Assembly: GCA_037441705.1 (NCBI GenBank)
Contig: JBBIRR010000045.1
Span: 1-29,102, forward strand
Source: Ignavibacteriales bacterium
GTDB taxonomy: Bacteria; Bacteroidota; Ignavibacteria; UBA10030; UBA6906
Length of the DNA stretch: 29,102 bases
Direction: 5' to 3'
Shown here: piece after piece, positions 8,116 through 17,400 of the stretch
How the letters are laid out: each line of letters opens with the position of its first letter
Position numbering within the stretch: position 1 is the first letter of the stretch
Translations under genes and position numbers: made by a program
The notes under the pieces: generated by a model
What the model was told of the DNA's origin: nothing
The model's database searches: none
The model's input: the letters and a program-made list of their open reading frames with translations, nothing else

Positions 8116-9891
8116 ATGAACGCCGCCCGCACGAAACGGTTTCTGACAATTCTCTCCGTGCATGTTATCCTCTGGTGCTCTCCGGCACCGGCGGCAACCA
8201 TCCGCTCGATTGAAATCCGCGGCAACACGGCCTTTACCGCGCGCGAAATTCTGGCGTGGCTTTCCTCCGCGCCGCGGCTTCCCTACAACCAAACAGTAGC
8301 GGCCAACGATGTGCTGCGCGTTCGAGACGCGTACCTGCGGCAGGGCTTCCTTGCCGTCGAGGTGGGACACACCGTCGTGCCTTCCGACGACGACACCGCA
8401 CACGTCAACCTCATCTTCACCATCACCGAAGGTCAGCAGACCCTCATCGGCACGATCACGCTGCGCGGCAACACACACCTGCCCACGGAAGAGCTGCTCC
8501 GTCAGTTCGATGCCCGACCGGGTAGTGTGCCGGATGCTTCTGTTCTCGAACGAGACGTCGAGAACCTGCTGATCCGGTACGAACGTGCAGGCTATCCGTT
8601 TGCACAATGTACGGTCGAACATCTTGCCGTGCGCGCGGGGGAGGAGCATGATTCGCTGGACATCCTTCTTGCGATTGACGAAGGTCGGCAGGTCACGATT
8701 GACGAGATTCGTGTCGAAGGCAACAAAGAAACCGATCCGGCTGTAGTTGTCCGCGAGACTCGCATTGCCGAAGGCGAAGTGTTCAATCCGACAAAAATTG
8801 ATGCGATCAAAGGGCGCTTGATGCGGCTCAATATCTTCTCGGATGTCTCGGAACCTGAGGTGTACGTCCGCAACGAGCGAAGCGGCTTGTTGATCAAAGT
8901 GCAGGAAGGAAGCACCAACACGTTTGACGGCGTGATCGGCTACATTCCCGGAAGAACCGCGGACGAATCGGGCTACGTCACCGGACTGGTTTCCGTGTCC
9001 ATGCGGAATCTCTTCGGCACAGGTCGCAAGCTCAGTTTTCGCTGGGCGCGCGAGGATCGCTTCTCGCAGGAACTTGCCGTCCGCTACCTCGAACCGTGGG
9101 TGTTCCAGCTTCCCGCAAACATCGGCGGCGGATTCCTTCAACGTCAGCAAGATTCTTCGTACGTCCGTCGTGTTCTTGACCTGAAAGCCGAGCTGATGAT
9201 CTCGGAAGAACTCTCTGTTGCGGGAGTGTTCAACTCGGAAAGCGTTATTCCTTCGGCAAGCGACACGCTCTTTCGCCGCGTGTTTCAAAGCTCTATCGTT
9301 TCGTTCGGCGGCGAACTGGTGTACGACACGCGGGACGATCCGTACAGTCCGACCTCGGGTGCGCGGTACCGCACGGATTATCAGTACGGCAGGAAGCGCT
9401 TCAGCAAAGTGCCGGCTTCTCTTGCCGCACAAATTCCTGCACGTGTGTCCGTCCAGCGGTTTACATTCGATCTCGATTTCTATCTTTCGACCTTCACGCG
9501 GCAGGTGCTTGCCGTTGGCGTCCACGGACGTGAATTGCAGAGCGGGCATCCGGAAGAAGGAGAGATGTTCCGCTTCGGCGGCAGTCGCTCGCTACGCGGC
9601 TTTCGGGAGAACCAGTTTCTCGGCGCGCGCATCGGGTGGACGAACACCGAGTATCGCTTCCTGCTCGCGCGGCGTTCCTACTTCTTCGGGTTTCTTGATG
9701 CGGGGTATTACCTCCGCCCCGCCGACGATGTACGCGGCATCCCGAAGTCGGATGCGTTCAAGTACGGCTACGGCATCGGCATGCAGCTGGAAACAGGGTT
9801 GGGCGTGTTGGGGGTGAGCTTTGCCCTCGGCAGCGATACGCCTTCGTTCAGCAGCGGCACGGTTCATTTTGGATTGATCAATGAATTCTGA
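8116..9891 (+). CDS. Omp85/BamA-TamA family outer-membrane protein with about three POTRA domains
   Basis: Signal peptide; POTRA-like IRSIEIRGN, IGTITLRGN and IDEIRVEGN; barrel motifs YDTRDDPYSPTSG, FGGSRSLRGF, GYGIGMQLETGLG; C-terminal Phe. Start set at ATG 8116. Confidence 0.88.
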   Translation: MNAARTKRFLTILSVHVILWCSPAPAATIRSIEIRGNTAFTAREILAWLSSAPRLPYNQTVAANDVLRVRDAYLRQGFLAVEVGHTVVPSDDDTAHVNLIFTITEGQQTLIGTITLRGNTHLPTEELLRQFDARPGSVPDASVLERDVENLLIRYERAGYPFAQCTVEHLAVRAGEEHDSLDILLAIDEGRQVTIDEIRVEGNKETDPAVVVRETRIAEGEVFNPTKIDAIKGRLMRLNIFSDVSEPEVYVRNERSGLLIKVQEGSTNTFDGVIGYIPGRTADESGYVTGLVSVSMRNLFGTGRKLSFRWAREDRFSQELAVRYLEPWVFQLPANIGGGFLQRQQDSSYVRRVLDLKAELMISEELSVAGVFNSESVIPSASDTLFRRVFQSSIVSFGGELVYDTRDDPYSPTSGARYRTDYQYGRKRFSKVPASLAAQIPARVSVQRFTFDLDFYLSTFTRQVLAVGVHGRELQSGHPEEGEMFRFGGSRSLRGFRENQFLGARIGWTNTEYRFLLARRSYFFGFLDAGYYLRPADDVRGIPKSDAFKYGYGIGMQLETGLGVLGVSFALGSDTPSFSSGTVHFGLINEF

Positions 9892-10528
9892 TGAGCTTTC
9901 CCTCGAGCAGCAGAAGGATTTTTTTCTGAGGTTCGAACGGGAGTATTGGCGAAGCGGAACAGTGTCGGTGGCAGGCGTGGATGAAGCCGGACGCGGCCCG
10001 CTTGCGGGACCCGTTGTTGCCGCTGCGGTGATATTTCCGCCCGAACATTTTATTGAAGGCGTTCGAGATTCGAAACTTCTGACGGAGGACGAACGCGAGG
10101 AATTGTACGCGAGAATCGTTGCCGAAGCGAGCGCCTACGGAATCGGCATCGTGCAGCCCGAGGTGATTGATCAGATCAACATCCTGCAGGCAACGTATCG
10201 AGCAATGCACGAGGCGATCCGATCGCTGTCGGTTGAACCGTCGCTGCTGTTGGTGGACGGCAACCGGTTTCTCGACATGGGCATTCCCTTCAGGACGATT
10301 GTAGACGGCGATGCGTTGAGTTTTTCGATTGCGGCAGCGTCCATCATCGCCAAAGTCACGCGCGATCGTTTGATGATGGCATACGACGCGCAGTTTCCCG
10401 GCTACGGCTTCGCGCAGCACAAGGGCTATGCAACGCCTCAACACCGGGAGGCAATACGGCGGTTGGGGTTGTGCGAAATCCACCGGCGCTCGTTCACTGT
10501 GCGCCCGCAGCTCGAGTTGGAATTCTGA
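9881..10528 (+). CDS. rnhB: Ribonuclease HII
   Basis: AGVDEAGRGPLAGPVVAAAV, DSKLL, LVDGN, DGDALSFSIAAASIIAKVTRD, HKGY, IHRRSF. Confidence 0.97.
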   Translation: MNSDELSLEQQKDFFLRFEREYWRSGTVSVAGVDEAGRGPLAGPVVAAAVIFPPEHFIEGVRDSKLLTEDEREELYARIVAEASAYGIGIVQPEVIDQINILQATYRAMHEAIRSLSVEPSLLLVDGNRFLDMGIPFRTIVDGDALSFSIAAASIIAKVTRDRLMMAYDAQFPGYGFAQHKGYATPQHREAIRRLGLCEIHRRSFTVRPQLELEF

Positions 10529-10539
10529 GAAACAACACC

Positions 10540-10869
10540 GTGGACTTCATTGCAGACGCGAACGTCGAGAGGCAAGTCATCGAAACGTTGAGGAATGACG
10601 GGCACGATGTGCTTTCGGTAGCAGAGATTGACTGTGGAATGGATGACTCGAGGATTCTTGCCATTGCTAACGGGCAATCAAAAGATTTTGGTGAACTGGT
10701 GTTCAGGCAACGGCTTATCACGTCGGGTGTACTTTTGTTGAGATTAGGGGATCTTGATGGTGCACAGAAGGCGAGGAGGGTTCATGAGCTCATGAAGACT
10801 CATGCGGACAAGATCAAGAATCATTTTAGCGCTGTGTCCTTGGTGAAGAATAGGTTTGTCAAACTGTAG
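10540..10869 (+). CDS. DUF5615 family PIN-like protein (VapC45/Mut7-C-like), possibly defective
   Basis: GTG start; FIADANV..LRNDGHDV, DSRIL, KDFGELVF, GVLLLRL; appears to lack the usual RILxTxD segment. Confidence 0.75.
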   Translation: MDFIADANVERQVIETLRNDGHDVLSVAEIDCGMDDSRILAIANGQSKDFGELVFRQRLITSGVLLLRLGDLDGAQKARRVHELMKTHADKIKNHFSAVSLVKNRFVKL

Positions 10870-10882
10870 GAGATATGGGTTC

Positions 10883-11107
10883 ATGGATGTCAAACTGCTG
10901 GAACTGATAGAAACAAATCCACACATCATGCTTGGAAAACCGGTTATCAAAGGCACACGGCTGACCGTGGAGCTTATTCTCGAAAAACTCGCTCAGGGCT
11001 ATACGCATGAGAAGCTGATAGACGAGTATCCATTCCTGAGCGAGGACGGCATCCGCGCTGCACTCCTCTACGCTGCACGTTCTCTTTCTGGATCCGAAGT
11101 TTTGTAA
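10883..11107 (+). CDS. DUF433 family putative antitoxin
   Basis: RBS AGGAGA; NPHIMLGKPVIKGTRLTVELILEKLAQG..EYPFLSEDGIRAALLYAA. Confidence 0.9.
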   Translation: MDVKLLELIETNPHIMLGKPVIKGTRLTVELILEKLAQGYTHEKLIDEYPFLSEDGIRAALLYAARSLSGSEVL

Positions 11108-11118
11108 CCTAAGTTCCG

Positions 11119-11481
11119 ATGGCAAAGCACTCCACAAAAGATTCCGGCGACGAAGGTGAGGAAATCGCGCGCCAGCACCTGGTCCAGCAGGGCCTCACCA
11201 TCCTCGAAACGAAGTACCGATACGGAAAGACGGGAGAGATCGATATCATCGCGAAGGATGGCGACGTGCTGGTGTTTTGTGAAGTGAAGATGCGCACATC
11301 GGATATGTACGGCGATCCGGAATTTGCCATCACGCCCCGGAAGCAGGCTCAGGTGCGGAGAGTGGCTCACGCCTACCTGTACGAGCACGATATTGACGAG
11401 CAGGAATGCCGCTTCGACGTCGTGGCCATCAAGAAGGATGGTGGGAAGGTGGACATCAACTACATTCAAAATGCTTTTTAA
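11119..11481 (+). CDS. yraN: YraN (UPF0102) family PD-(D/E)XK nuclease-like protein
   Basis: GDEGEEIA, GEIDIIAKDGDVLVFCEVKMR, RFDVVAI; usual neighbour of rnhB. Confidence 0.93.
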   Translation: MAKHSTKDSGDEGEEIARQHLVQQGLTILETKYRYGKTGEIDIIAKDGDVLVFCEVKMRTSDMYGDPEFAITPRKQAQVRRVAHAYLYEHDIDEQECRFDVVAIKKDGGKVDINYIQNAF

Positions 11482-11502
11482 CTTTTGTCGGAGAAGAACG
11501 CT

Positions 11503-13254
11503 GTGAACATTGCCCTTATCCTTGTCGCTTCCAGTCTGGTCCTCGTTCTTGGCTATCGCCTCTACAGTCGCTTCATCGCCCGAACCATCGGTCTCGATGA
11601 ACATCGTCCGACGCCGGCCACAACGATCAACGACGGCGTGGACTATGTGCCGGCGAAGCCGTTGGTGTTGTTCGGCCATCACTTCGCAGCGATTGCCGCT
11701 GCGGGCCCCATCGTCGGACCGACCCTCGCGCTTTACTTCGGCTTTGTGCCGGCATGGTTGTGGATTTTGTTGGGCGTTGTGTTTATCGGTGCCGTGCATG
11801 ATTTCATGGCATTGTTTGTCGCCGTGCGCGAAGGCGGCCGTTCCGTTGCCGAGGTTGCTCGAAAGACTCTCGGGAAAAAAGGCTTCATCTTTTATATTGT
11901 CTTCGCCATTCTACTCTGCCTCCTGGTGATCGCCGCCTTTCTGCAACTTACGGCCATCGCCCTCACCTCCACGCTTCCACCCGATGATGTAAATCTCACG
12001 GCCGCCGACACCAGTCTGCATTTGCTCGAGGAAAACGGCGCGCTCAAAGTGCAGATCGGCGGTGTGGCGTCGGCATCGGTCATCGTCATGACGCTCTTAG
12101 CGCCGCTCGTCGGTTGGTTGATCTACAAGAAGCACGTACGTCTGAGGATCGTGACAGCCCTTGCTCTTGCCGTCTCCTTCGGTTCCATCATCCTCGGCTT
12201 TTACAACCCCGTGACGCTGCATCCCACAACATGGATTCTGATCATCACGTTCTATGTGTTCTTTGCGTCGTGGATTCCGGTGTGGATCATTCTGCAGCCG
12301 CGGGATTTCGTGAACGCGCAGATTCTCTACGTGGGCCTTGCCTCGATGGTGATCGGTGTTCTCGGTGCGGGCATGCAGGGCGCTGTCGTCAACATCCCCT
12401 CGTTCAACCTGACGGAAGCGCTGAGTGCGCCGAACCTCGGCGTGCTGTGGCCCTTCCTCTTTATCACCATCGCCTGCGGTGCAGCCTCCGGCGCGCATGG
12501 ACTCGTTTGCGGCGGAACGTCGTGCAAACAGCTTGCGAACGAGAAACACGCTCGGCTTATCGGCTACGGAGGAATGTTGTTAGAGGGCCTGCTTGCGCTG
12601 TGTGTCATTCTTCTGATTTCCGGCGGGTTAGAGTTTGAGAAGTACAAGAACCTCGTCTATCCCGCGCAAGGCGGCAGCAACGCGCCGTTAGCGTTCGCGC
12701 TTGGCCTCGGCAGCATCCTGCACAGCAGCATCGGATTGCCGAAGGTGTTCGGGACCATCTGGGGTATTCTGCTGCTCGAAGGCTTCCTCGTCACTACGAT
12801 TGATGCGCTGGTGCGTCTCTCGCGATATTTGTTCGAGGAATTGTGGAGTGCGCTCTTCGACAATCCTCCGGCCTGGCTCAGGAGCCGCGTCTTCAATAGC
12901 TTTCTGGTCATCGCAGGTTTCATGTCGCTCACATTCACGAACGCCTATTTGAAGATCTGGCCCATCTTCGGCGCGGCGAACCAACTGCTTGCTGCGCTCA
13001 CGCTCATCGCCGTCACGGCATGGCTCGCGCAGAAAGCGAAGACGTATTGGTTCACCGCCATTCCCGCAGCCTTCATGGTCGTCACCACCATCACGTCGCT
13101 GTTCATCCTGCTGGGGCGCTACATCAAGTTCGAGAGCTGGACACTGTTGACGACCGACATTATCCTGCTTGCGCTTGCGCTTGGCGTGGTAACGCTAACG
13201 TTCAGGTACTTCTATTCCTTGCGCGCCCGCCTGCTGGCGGAGGTCGGAAAGTAG
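11503..13254 (+). CDS. cstA: Carbon starvation protein A family transporter
   Basis: TPATTINDGVDYVP, FGHHFAAIAAAGPIVGP, GAVHD, LQPRDF, PFLFITIACGA, IWPIFGAANQLLA. GTG 11503 with GGAG upstream is preferred over TTG 11485. Confidence 0.92.
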   Translation: MNIALILVASSLVLVLGYRLYSRFIARTIGLDEHRPTPATTINDGVDYVPAKPLVLFGHHFAAIAAAGPIVGPTLALYFGFVPAWLWILLGVVFIGAVHDFMALFVAVREGGRSVAEVARKTLGKKGFIFYIVFAILLCLLVIAAFLQLTAIALTSTLPPDDVNLTAADTSLHLLEENGALKVQIGGVASASVIVMTLLAPLVGWLIYKKHVRLRIVTALALAVSFGSIILGFYNPVTLHPTTWILIITFYVFFASWIPVWIILQPRDFVNAQILYVGLASMVIGVLGAGMQGAVVNIPSFNLTEALSAPNLGVLWPFLFITIACGAASGAHGLVCGGTSCKQLANEKHARLIGYGGMLLEGLLALCVILLISGGLEFEKYKNLVYPAQGGSNAPLAFALGLGSILHSSIGLPKVFGTIWGILLLEGFLVTTIDALVRLSRYLFEELWSALFDNPPAWLRSRVFNSFLVIAGFMSLTFTNAYLKIWPIFGAANQLLAALTLIAVTAWLAQKAKTYWFTAIPAAFMVVTTITSLFILLGRYIKFESWTLLTTDIILLALALGVVTLTFRYFYSLRARLLAEVGK

Positions 13255-13261
13255 CCGCTGC

Positions 13262-14155
13262 ATGATCCGGCATCTTCCTCACGCACAACAGACCAACATC
13301 GGTCTTGCGCTTGGCAGCGGTTCGGCGCGCGGCTGGGCACACATCGGCGTCGTGCGTGAGCTTGATGCGCTGGGCATCAAACCCCGAACCGTTTGCGGGA
13401 CGTCAACGGGCGCGTTGGTCGGCGCTGCTTTCGTGATGGGCAAGCTCGATCTCCTCGAGTCGTGGGTCCGCGCCATGAACACGCGCAACGTCGTCAAGTA
13501 TTTCGATATCCGGTTGGTTGTTGGTGGGGGATTTGTGGAAGGGAAGTGGCTGATGGATTTCCTCCGCAACCGTTTCGGCGACGTGATGATCGAGGAGTTG
13601 CCTACGCCCTTTGGCGCGGTGGCCACGGACCTGAAGTCGGGGCGCGAAGTGTGGATACGCAGCGGCCCCCTCTGGGACGCCGTGCGCGCGTCGATCGCGC
13701 TTCCCGGATTCCTCACGCCCGTTCGCGTTGACGATCAGTGGCTGGTAGATGGCGGTTTGGTGAACCCGGTGCCCGTCTCGCTCTGCCGTGCCATGGGTGC
13801 GGAGAAGATCATTGCCGTGAATCTCAACGGCGACATTGTCGGACGACATTTCAGCGATGAGAAGAAAGCCGCAGCGGGCACGGAACGGAGATTGCTCAAC
13901 AAGTTGACGATTCGATTGAAAGAGCGCGTGAAGACGGGCACGCCCGGATTGTTCGACGTCCTCGCGGGCGCCATCAACATCATGCAGGATCGCATCACGG
14001 TCGGGAGACTTGCCGATCATCCGCCCGACGTCATGATCACGCCGCGTCTGGCGCATATCGGACTGTTGGAATTCGATCGCGCCGCAGAGGCGATCGAAGA
14101 AGGACGGCAGGCGGTGCGACGCGTTGAAGCGCAGCTGCAGGCTTTGGGGGAATAA
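13262..14155 (+). CDS. rssA: Patatin-like phospholipase (RssA/YchK-like)
   Basis: LGSGSARGWAHIG, nucleophile motif GTSTG, LVDGGLVNPVP. Confidence 0.88.
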   Translation: MIRHLPHAQQTNIGLALGSGSARGWAHIGVVRELDALGIKPRTVCGTSTGALVGAAFVMGKLDLLESWVRAMNTRNVVKYFDIRLVVGGGFVEGKWLMDFLRNRFGDVMIEELPTPFGAVATDLKSGREVWIRSGPLWDAVRASIALPGFLTPVRVDDQWLVDGGLVNPVPVSLCRAMGAEKIIAVNLNGDIVGRHFSDEKKAAAGTERRLLNKLTIRLKERVKTGTPGLFDVLAGAINIMQDRITVGRLADHPPDVMITPRLAHIGLLEFDRAAEAIEEGRQAVRRVEAQLQALGE

Positions 14156-14194
14156 TTCACATTACCCATCATCCACCTATCCGAGGAGGGTTGC

Positions 14195-15637
14195 ATGAGT
14201 CCCACACGAGGTGTGCCTGCATGTATTTCGATTCTTCTGCTTGTCCTGTCGGGGTGCTGCAGCCCTCCCGATCGGACACCGACGGCAGGAGTCGAAGTGA
14301 TCAACATGGTTCCGTACGCGATGAGCAGCGAAACCAATCAGGACAGCGAGCCGTTTCTTGCCGTTGACCTTTCCCAACCCGAACGCATGGTCGGTACGGC
14401 GTTCACACCCAACCCCTTCGGCGCAAGCGGCAACGCGCCCGTGTACGTTACCACCGACGGCGGCGCAACCTGGGTGCTCAACATGATCGTTGACAGCCAC
14501 GGCTTCGTCGGCACGGGTGACATTACCGTTGCCGGGACCGCCGCACCGAAGAAACTCTACGCGGGCATTCTTCGCATGCCCGGCACACTGGTGATGAACA
14601 TTCTTCGCACCGGCGACTTCACCTCGCCGTCAACAATGTCGCTGCTGCAGGTCCGCGGCTCCGTTGATCAACCCTTCGCACAGGCAGCGACGGTTGCGGG
14701 CAGCGACAGGGTGTACGTCGGCAACAATGACTTTAACGCCAGCAGCGGAAAGACTGCGACGGTGGATGTTTCAACCGACGGCGGCGCCACGTTCCGCACC
14801 ATCCGTCTGGAGCCGCGCAGCACCAACGGCCAGCAGAACGGTCCTTCCATTCGGCCCGCGGTGTCGGGCGATGGGACGGTGTACGTTGCCTACTTTGGCT
14901 GGCGCGGGTTCGTCAACAACATGGCGACGAGCGACATCGTTGTTGTTCGTGACGATCAGGGCGCGACCGGACCAAACCCGTTTCGCGATCTGCTCGACCC
15001 ATCCGATAATTTGCCGGGCCGAAAAGTTGCGACCAACGTCAAGATTCCCTGGTCGAACGCCCCAACGTTGGGCAATGAACGCATCGGCTCGACACTTTCC
15101 ATCGCCGTGCATCCGACCAATAGCGATGTTGTGTACGTAGCGTGGGCGGACCGGGTCAGCGGCGAAACCTACACGCTTCACGTCCGCCGCTCCACCGATC
15201 GCGGCGTGACGTGGTCCGGCGACCTTCGCACGGTGAAGAACGCAACGTGCGGATCGCTTGCCGTCGCCCCGAACGGAACCGCGGCCTTCCTGTACCAACA
15301 GTACGTTTCCGAGTGCCAGGGATTCTGGGCAACACATCTCGAGCAATCCGGCGACGGCTTCCAGACGCGAGAGGATCTCATCCTTGCTTATACGCCGGCC
15401 AACACACCCGATCCGCAGTTCCTTCCGTACATCGGCGATTACAACTTTCTGCTCTGCGTCGGTAACGAGTTCCGCGGCGTCTTTTCGGCAAACAACGCCC
15501 CCGTGCTGGACAACTTCCCGTGCGGCGTGCGCTATCAACGCAATGCAGACTTCAACGCGGAGAGGTTGCTGACCGCAGGAGGAAGCCCGGTAGCAATCTC
15601 CATTGATCCGTTCTACTTTCGTGTGCCAGTGAGATAA
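14195..15637 (+). CDS. Putative lipoprotein with BNR/Asp-box repeats (sialidase-like beta-propeller), function unknown
   Basis: RBS GAGGAGG; lipobox-like LVLSG|C; Asp boxes TTDGGATW, STDGGATF, STDRGVTW. Confidence 0.75.
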   Translation: MSPTRGVPACISILLLVLSGCCSPPDRTPTAGVEVINMVPYAMSSETNQDSEPFLAVDLSQPERMVGTAFTPNPFGASGNAPVYVTTDGGATWVLNMIVDSHGFVGTGDITVAGTAAPKKLYAGILRMPGTLVMNILRTGDFTSPSTMSLLQVRGSVDQPFAQAATVAGSDRVYVGNNDFNASSGKTATVDVSTDGGATFRTIRLEPRSTNGQQNGPSIRPAVSGDGTVYVAYFGWRGFVNNMATSDIVVVRDDQGATGPNPFRDLLDPSDNLPGRKVATNVKIPWSNAPTLGNERIGSTLSIAVHPTNSDVVYVAWADRVSGETYTLHVRRSTDRGVTWSGDLRTVKNATCGSLAVAPNGTAAFLYQQYVSECQGFWATHLEQSGDGFQTREDLILAYTPANTPDPQFLPYIGDYNFLLCVGNEFRGVFSANNAPVLDNFPCGVRYQRNADFNAERLLTAGGSPVAISIDPFYFRVPVR

Positions 15638-15649
15638 GGAGAGAAAACC

Positions 15650-16513
15650 ATGAAAACCTCATTCATCCGTGATCGTCGAAGCAGGCAGGCACGCCCGACC
15701 GCGTATGCCATCCTTGCGATCGCGTTGGTGTTCTGCAGCCCGGTTCGCGCGCAAGAGTTTGACAGGGAGTTGATGAAGCGAGCAAGCGTTGCATTCATTG
15801 GAACGGTTGTGAGACAGAATGCCGTCACATTCCCCGCTGTTCCTCGTTCGGCAGAAACGGCCGTCGTGCGCATCGATCATGTGCTGGAGAAACCGAGCGC
15901 GATTGCGCTGCGCTCCGGCGACAGTGTCACGCTTCGACTCAACGATCCTTCGCTTCTTCCGGAGAACTCGCCGGCGACGTTTTATGCCGATGGATGGATT
16001 GTAGGCACGGGCGTGGCGCTCGTCGAGGTGGGACATACACCGGTCTCCGCGCCCGACGCCGCACAACGGGAACAGGCAGGCAGAAATTTTCTGACGCTCA
16101 AACGACAACTTGTGGAAGAGGATCTTCGCGCACGCATTGACGGCGCCTCGCTCGTTGCGCTGGGCAAAGTCGTTGCGGTCCAACCCGCGGTCCAGGATCG
16201 GCGCTTCATCACCGAACACGACCCCGACTGGAAGGAGGCTGTCGTCCGCGTCGAAACAGCCATCAAAGGCGCGAACGTGGGAGACGACATCGTCATCCGT
16301 TTCCCGGGCTCGATGGATGTGGCGTACTATCGCATCCCGAAATTGACGGTGGGAGACGAGCCGCTTGTGCTCGCCGCGAAAGACACCGTGAGCGGACTCC
16401 CTCCAGCAATGCTTGCAGGCAAACCGACCGAAGCGTTCATCATCCAATCTCCGGGGGATGTTCTGACGAAGGATGATCTTGAACGCGTTCAGCAGGCCGC
16501 GAGACGGAAGTAG
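15650..16513 (+). CDS. Secreted hypothetical protein with two internally similar OB-fold-like domains
   Basis: RBS AAGGAG; signal peptide PVRA|QE; repeated ASVAFIGTVV..AVVRIDHVLEK and ASLVALGKVV..AVVRVETAIKG. Confidence 0.72.
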   Translation: MKTSFIRDRRSRQARPTAYAILAIALVFCSPVRAQEFDRELMKRASVAFIGTVVRQNAVTFPAVPRSAETAVVRIDHVLEKPSAIALRSGDSVTLRLNDPSLLPENSPATFYADGWIVGTGVALVEVGHTPVSAPDAAQREQAGRNFLTLKRQLVEEDLRARIDGASLVALGKVVAVQPAVQDRRFITEHDPDWKEAVVRVETAIKGANVGDDIVIRFPGSMDVAYYRIPKLTVGDEPLVLAAKDTVSGLPPAMLAGKPTEAFIIQSPGDVLTKDDLERVQQAARRK

Positions 16514-16570
16514 CGTCAGCTCACTTCTATCAACGACGACGTACGTAACCAACATCAACGGACACGACAA

Positions 16571-17377
16571 ATGGAGATTGACCTCTTCGAGTGGCTCAAC
16601 CTTGCGCTGCGTTGGATTCACATTTTTGCCGGCATCATGTGGGTAGGGGCGACGTTCTTCTTCACGTGGCTGGACGGCAGGTTCTCGGAGTTGATGGAGA
16701 AGGGGAACGACACCGGCGAACGGCACGTGTACATGGTACACAGCGGCGGGTTCTATGTTGTCGAACGGCAGAAGTCGCCGAGTGTGCTGCCCGAAAAACT
16801 GCATTGGTTCCGGTGGGAAGCAGCCGTCACGTGGATAAGCGGCATTCTCCTTCTCTTCTATCTCTATTATTTTGGGGGATTGATGGTTGAAGATCCCGAG
16901 GGAGAAACGACGGCCATGCTGGTCGGCGTTGGAGCGATCCTGCTATCGTGGCCCGTGTATGACGCGCTGTGGAAGTCGCCGCTCGGCAGGAACGAGCGTG
17001 TTGGTGCGGCGGTGTCGTTCATGCTTATCGTTGCCGCGGCGTATGCCTTGCGGAACTTCATGGGGCCGCGGGCAATGTACATTCACATCGGTTCGATGCT
17101 CGGCACGCTCATGGCGGCGAATGTCTGGATGATCATCATTCCCGCGCAGCGGAAGATGGTAGCAGCGCTTGCGCAGGGAAAGGAACCCGACCAGACACTT
17201 GCCGCACGTGCCAAAGGACGTTCCAAACACAACACCTTCATGGTTGTACCCGTCGTGTTTTTGATGATCAGCAACCACTTTCCCACGATTACATACGGAG
17301 CGGAGATGAACTGGCTTGTGCTTGCCGTGATGGTGTTGGTGGGATGGATCGCAGCCAAGTTCATCCGCCGTGCTTGA
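16571..17377 (+). CDS. puuD: Urate hydroxylase PuuD-like membrane protein without a cytochrome c domain
   Basis: RWIHIFAGIMWVG, VHSGGFY, LHWFRWEAAVTWISG, GTLMAANVW, RSKHNTF, MISNHFP; no CXXCH. Confidence 0.8.
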   Translation: MEIDLFEWLNLALRWIHIFAGIMWVGATFFFTWLDGRFSELMEKGNDTGERHVYMVHSGGFYVVERQKSPSVLPEKLHWFRWEAAVTWISGILLLFYLYYFGGLMVEDPEGETTAMLVGVGAILLSWPVYDALWKSPLGRNERVGAAVSFMLIVAAAYALRNFMGPRAMYIHIGSMLGTLMAANVWMIIIPAQRKMVAALAQGKEPDQTLAARAKGRSKHNTFMVVPVVFLMISNHFPTITYGAEMNWLVLAVMVLVGWIAAKFIRRA

Positions 17378-17400
17378 AATTATTCACCGAGCCAAGAACC

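Noticed and set aside
7687-9549. 620-aa minus-strand ORF
   Set aside because: Codon-bias shadow of the GWxTD and Omp85 genes.
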